Assembly: GCA_045612545.1 (NCBI GenBank)
Contig: JAZKZH010000034.1
Coordinates: 1,556-65,555 of the forward strand
DNA: 64,000 nucleotides
Source of the DNA: Eubacteriales bacterium
Lineage (GTDB): Bacteria > Bacillota > Clostridia > Oscillospirales > CAG-382
Direction of reading: 5' to 3'
In this document: positions 60,591 through 64,000 of the stretch, in pieces
Layout of the letters: every line of letters begins with the position of its first letter
Position numbering within the stretch: the stretch's first letter is position 1
The notes under the pieces: generated by a model
What the model saw: only the letters and a program-made list of their open reading frames with translations
Database searches by the model: none
What the model was told of the DNA's origin: nothing
Position numbers and translations under genes: made by a program

Positions 60591-61226
60591 ATGACACCTT
60601 ACGAAAGAATGCAAGAGGTTCTTGCCCGCTTGGAGGCGTATTACCCCGATTCTGCCTGCGCTTTGGAGGCGAAGGGGGATCCTTTCCGCCTTTTGGTGAT
60701 GGCGATCCTTTCTGCGCAATGCACGGATGCACGGGTGAATCTGGTTTCCGTGGGATTGTTTGAACGCTTTCCCACAGCCGCCGCCATGGCGGAGGGGGAG
60801 GTATGCGAGATCGAGGAGCTGATCCGCTCCTGCGGGCTGTACCGCAGTAAGGCGAAGAACCTTTCTTTGTGCGCAAAACGGCTGTGCGAGGTGTACGGCG
60901 GGGAAGTGCCTTCTGCCATGGAGGATCTCCTCACCCTGCCCGGGGTGGGCAGAAAGGTAGCTAACCTGATCCGCGGGGACGTTTTTGGGCTGGGAGGCAT
61001 TGTGGCAGACACCCATTGTATCCGCATCACCAACCTGTTGGGCTTTTGCAACACCGACGATCCCAAAAAGGTGGAGTTCACCCTTGATCCCTTGGTACCT
61101 AAGGAAAAGCAAAGCGATTTCTGCCACCGCTTGGTGCAGTACGGAAGAGATATTTGCATCGCCCGCCGCCCGCAATGCGGGGAATGCGTTTTGAAGGATA
61201 TTTGCAACTACGGAGAGACTATATGA
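60591..61226 (+). CDS. nth: endonuclease III
   Basis: The helix-hairpin-helix motif LPGVGRKVANLI and the C-terminal Fe-S cluster CIARRPQCGECVLKDIC are present. Confidence 0.9.
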   Translation: MTPYERMQEVLARLEAYYPDSACALEAKGDPFRLLVMAILSAQCTDARVNLVSVGLFERFPTAAAMAEGEVCEIEELIRSCGLYRSKAKNLSLCAKRLCEVYGGEVPSAMEDLLTLPGVGRKVANLIRGDVFGLGGIVADTHCIRITNLLGFCNTDDPKKVEFTLDPLVPKEKQSDFCHRLVQYGRDICIARRPQCGECVLKDICNYGETI

Positions 61227-62002
61227 TCGATACCAACATCCCACAACTGCAACGCTTGCTGTCCTCCACCCGCCGCGCGGTGGATGATTACGGCATGATC
61301 GCCGAGGGTGACCGCATTGCCGTGGGTATTTCCGGCGGAAAGGACAGCATGGCCTTGCTTGCCGCCTTGGCGGGACTGCAAAGGTTTTATCCAAAAAAGT
61401 TTGAGATCGTTCCCATCCACCTGCAGATGGGCTTCCCCGGCGGGGATGACAGCAACATCCGTGCGCTTTGCGAGGCGTTAAATCTGCCCCTGGTGGCGGT
61501 GAAAACCGATATTTACCAGGTGGTTTTTGAGATCCGCAAGGAAAAAAGCCCCTGCTCCCTTTGCGCCAACCTGCGGAGAGGGATTCTTTACAGCACTGCC
61601 AAGGAGCACGGTTGCCGTAAGATCGCCCTGGGGCATCATTTCGACGATGCGGTGGAGACCTTGCTGATGAATTTGTTCATCGAGGGGAACTTGGGGTGCT
61701 TTTCTCCCGTGACCTATCTCGACCGTATGGACGTGACCATGATCCGCCCCCTGCTGTACGCCAAGGAGAAGGAGCTGAAGTCCTTTGTCACCGCGGCGGG
61801 AATCACCTGCTCTCCCAAGTATTGCCCCGCGGACGGCAATACCAAGCGTGAGGAATGGAAGCAATTCCTGGCGGAGCTGGAGCGGAAGGATCCCGGTGTG
61901 AAGGACCGTGTCTTCGGCGCCATTGAGCGGGCGGAGCTGGATGGATTTTCCGTGCATAAACGAGGAAGAAAGCATGGCGGCGAGGATACCGCCACGCAGT
62001 GA
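61223..62002 (+). CDS. PP-loop ATPase, tRNA 2-thiocytidine synthetase (TtcA)-like
   Basis: IAVGISGGKDSMALL (SGGKDS PP-loop) and CSLCANLRRG. ATGA overlap with the nth stop. Confidence 0.75.
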   Translation: MIDTNIPQLQRLLSSTRRAVDDYGMIAEGDRIAVGISGGKDSMALLAALAGLQRFYPKKFEIVPIHLQMGFPGGDDSNIRALCEALNLPLVAVKTDIYQVVFEIRKEKSPCSLCANLRRGILYSTAKEHGCRKIALGHHFDDAVETLLMNLFIEGNLGCFSPVTYLDRMDVTMIRPLLYAKEKELKSFVTAAGITCSPKYCPADGNTKREEWKQFLAELERKDPGVKDRVFGAIERAELDGFSVHKRGRKHGGEDTATQ

Positions 62003-62120
62003 TATCCGCTTTGCGGATGAAAAAGTTGAAAAGGCAGAGAGACGGAAAAACCGTGATTCTCTGCCTTTTTTTGTGTGTGGGATCGATCCGCTTCCCACTC
62101 TTTGTATCCAAAGCACTGCA

Positions 62121-62197
62121 GTTCCGAAAACAGCTTTGCTGTTTTTGATGTCGGCGAAACGATGCTACGCATGACATAAAGCCCTGCGCCGACTTAA
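62121..62197. repeat. module-C copy whose end overlaps a stop codon
   Basis: GTTCCGAAAACAGCTTTGCTGTTTTTGATGTCGGCGAAACGATGCTACGCATGACATAAAGCCCTGCGCCGACTTAATC. The TTA (TAA on the minus strand) at 62194-62196 is the stop of the next gene. Confidence 0.65.
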
Positions 62198-64000
62198 TCC
62201 TCCAGCAATTCCTCCGCGGTCTTGCAAAGCTCCTCTGCCGCCTCCCAGCCGGTGGCCTCGGCGATGAGGGTGTAACCGCCTGCTCCTCTGGGGAACAAGG
62301 TGATGCAGCCGGTTTTGCGGTAGATCCTGGCGGGGTAGCCGCCATCTCTGCACAGGGAGGCGATCACCTCCGCGCGGCGGTCGGCCTGCTCCGTATCAGA
62401 GGGGGGCGGAAGCTCCTTTTTCAGCACCGAAAAGGAGGGAAGTCCTGCCAGAACCTCGTCGGCGGGTTTCCTTTGTCTTACACAGACGGCGGCGGTGAGC
62501 AGGCAGAGAAGCACCCCATCGTGAACGTAAGGCGTGTCTCCCGCGCGGTGTCTGGCAGGGGAGCGGGAATCGTTGTAGAACACCACCTCCTTGCCCATGT
62601 TCTGCAAATATTCTTCCACCACCTTGGGGGTGCGGCGAGGAAGATGAACCACGGAATCGACGCTTTCCGAGGCGCAAATTGCCACCATGTGCCAATAGGA
62701 CATGGGCTTGCCCCCTGCGGTGACCATGCAGGCACGCCTGCCGTCGGGGGAGACGGTGTAGCAATCCATGCCTGTTTCCTCGCCGTAGAAGACCTCCGCC
62801 CCCAAGGCGAGGGCGTTGGAGCCCAAGAATTCTCCGCCGTCATCCCGCCTGGAAACGGAAAGCTTCACCCCCGCAAGGGAGCCGGCCTTGTCCTGCAAAT
62901 ATTTGCAGTAACGGCAAAGCACCATGTCCTCCCCTTGGGGAGTGATCGGGGGCAAGGGGGTAACGCAGGCGGCAAAGGAACGGTTTTTCAAGCGGGATTC
63001 GATCCCTCTTTGTGCCTCTCCGGAAAGGGGAAGCCCGTCCTTGTCGCAAAAGCGGAAGCTCACCTGCCCAAGGCTTTCCCGCACCTCCACGGAGACGGCA
63101 AGCTCCAGCCCAAAGCTCTCCACCGCAAAGGGCATGATCCCGGGGAAGCCTTTTCCAAGACGGTAGGCCTTGCCGCCGCTTTCCCGCACCCCCATTGCCA
63201 GCAGATCACCGTACAATTCTCCCGCTCCGGTGGGGGAATGGAGGATCCCCACGGAGGTGGAGGCTTCCGGAGAAATCAACGCTCTGCCCAGCTCCACGCA
63301 GAAGCTTCCGTCCAGCGTAGCGCGCTCTCCCGCAATTCCTTCCTCGTCAAACAGCCGCTTTTCCACCCTGCCAAAGGCAAAACGCCCCTCTTTTCCCCCG
63401 TTGGTAATGCGCATACCGCCCTTGATACGGGTGTTTTGGGGGAGGATCGTTCCCTTTTCCAGCAGGGTATTCGCCCCTAAAATACAGCCGGAGGGCACCA
63501 CACAATCTTCCTCGATCACAACGCCGGAGCAGAGAATGCTGTTTTCCACCTTTGCATTTTTTCCCACGGTGACACGGTTATGCAGGATGCTGCCGGTGAC
63601 TTTGGCGGTGGGGTGCAGATCACATTCCTCCCCTGCCACCGTCTCCCCGCCGGAGAAGGTCATGTTACAGCGGTAATAGGCCTCCGGCTTGCCCACGTCA
63701 AACCAAAAGCCCTTCATCACCTCTCCGTGGAGAGGGATGCCCTTTTCCAGCAGAAGAGGGAAGAGATCCTTGCCGAAATCATATTGCACTCCCTCGGGGA
63801 TATACTCCAACAAGGATTTGTCCAGAATATAGATCCCCGTGGAAATGAGATCGGAGAAGGTATCCCGCCAGGTGGGCTTTTCCAAAAAGCCCCGAATCCT
63901 TCCCCCTGTCAGGGAAACGATGCCGAATTCCCCGGGGGTGCGGGTGCGGGTGAGAAGCAAGGTGGCCTTCCGCCCCTCCTTTTTGTGGGTCTCCAGAGCG
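62194..64000 (-). CDS. sugar-phosphate nucleotidyltransferase fused to a phosphohexomutase-like domain (5' end outside the window)
   Basis: The frame stays open to nt 64000. FGIVSL..GRI.GF.EKP and left-handed beta-helix hexapeptide repeats are followed by a phosphomannomutase/phosphoglucomutase-like C-terminal half. Confidence 0.65.
   Translation of the reverse strand, partial: ALETHKKEGRKATLLLTRTRTPGEFGIVSLTGGRIRGFLEKPTWRDTFSDLISTGIYILDKSLLEYIPEGVQYDFGKDLFPLLLEKGIPLHGEVMKGFWFDVGKPEAYYRCNMTFSGGETVAGEECDLHPTAKVTGSILHNRVTVGKNAKVENSILCSGVVIEEDCVVPSGCILGANTLLEKGTILPQNTRIKGGMRITNGGKEGRFAFGRVEKRLFDEEGIAGERATLDGSFCVELGRALISPEASTSVGILHSPTGAGELYGDLLAMGVRESGGKAYRLGKGFPGIMPFAVESFGLELAVSVEVRESLGQVSFRFCDKDGLPLSGEAQRGIESRLKNRSFAACVTPLPPITPQGEDMVLCRYCKYLQDKAGSLAGVKLSVSRRDDGGEFLGSNALALGAEVFYGEETGMDCYTVSPDGRRACMVTAGGKPMSYWHMVAICASESVDSVVHLPRRTPKVVEEYLQNMGKEVVFYNDSRSPARHRAGDTPYVHDGVLLCLLTAAVCVRQRKPADEVLAGLPSFSVLKKELPPPSDTEQADRRAEVIASLCRDGGYPARIYRKTGCITLFPRGAGGYTLIAEATGWEAAEELCKTAEELLED

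Overview
This is a 64-kb chromosomal window from a Gram-positive, spore-former-type Clostridia genome. GC is in the mid-50s % by eye, and gerW/ytfJ, DUF2953 and remB are present. The window spans the replication origin: hslO-xseA-nusB lie on the minus strand, then dnaA-dnaN-recF-(insert)-remB-gyrB-gyrA on the plus strand. A four-box DnaA cluster sits in the dnaA-dnaN spacer.

Most remaining genes are housekeeping: gpmI (partial), scpA/scpB, ytfI/ytfJ-like genes, a PPTase, yhbY, aroQ, tRNA-Ala(GGC), pgk-tpiA, nth, a ttcA-like gene, two RumA-type RNA methyltransferases and a PHP phosphoesterase. Accessory blocks are:
- an AT-rich islet next to tRNA-Ala (four-helix-bundle protein, GNAT, two secreted/membrane unknowns, a SLOG-XRE pair);
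- an ECF sigma module with a frameshifted multi-domain lipoprotein;
- GH89-like and sialate-O-acetylesterase genes;
- a cluster with two ADP-ribosylglycohydrolase-fold proteins;
- an orphan RnfC/RnfD-like pair.

The most unusual property is non-coding. By hand count, roughly 8 kb (about 12-13 %) of the window is intergenic DNA built from a few recurring hairpin-rich modules. Three systems stand out:
1. Nine copies of a 180-430 bp nested-palindrome composite element with termini GTCATCCTGAG/CTCAGGATGAC. Two copies are docked to paralogous 98-aa stand-alone GIY-YIG nuclease genes that have invaded the scpA-scpB and PPTase-yhbY junctions.
2. A REP-like hairpin family with a GTAG foot, together with a REP-associated tyrosine transposase (RAYT, IS200-like) gene flanked by inverted REPs between recF and remB/gyrB.
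3. A 1.15-kb spacer holding two tandem 439-bp units. Each unit has a REP doublet plus an array of five self-complementary 16-bp repeats (GTGAAACRTTTTCACA).

All product names come from motifs I recognise by eye. No database search was run, and all identity and length figures are hand counts.
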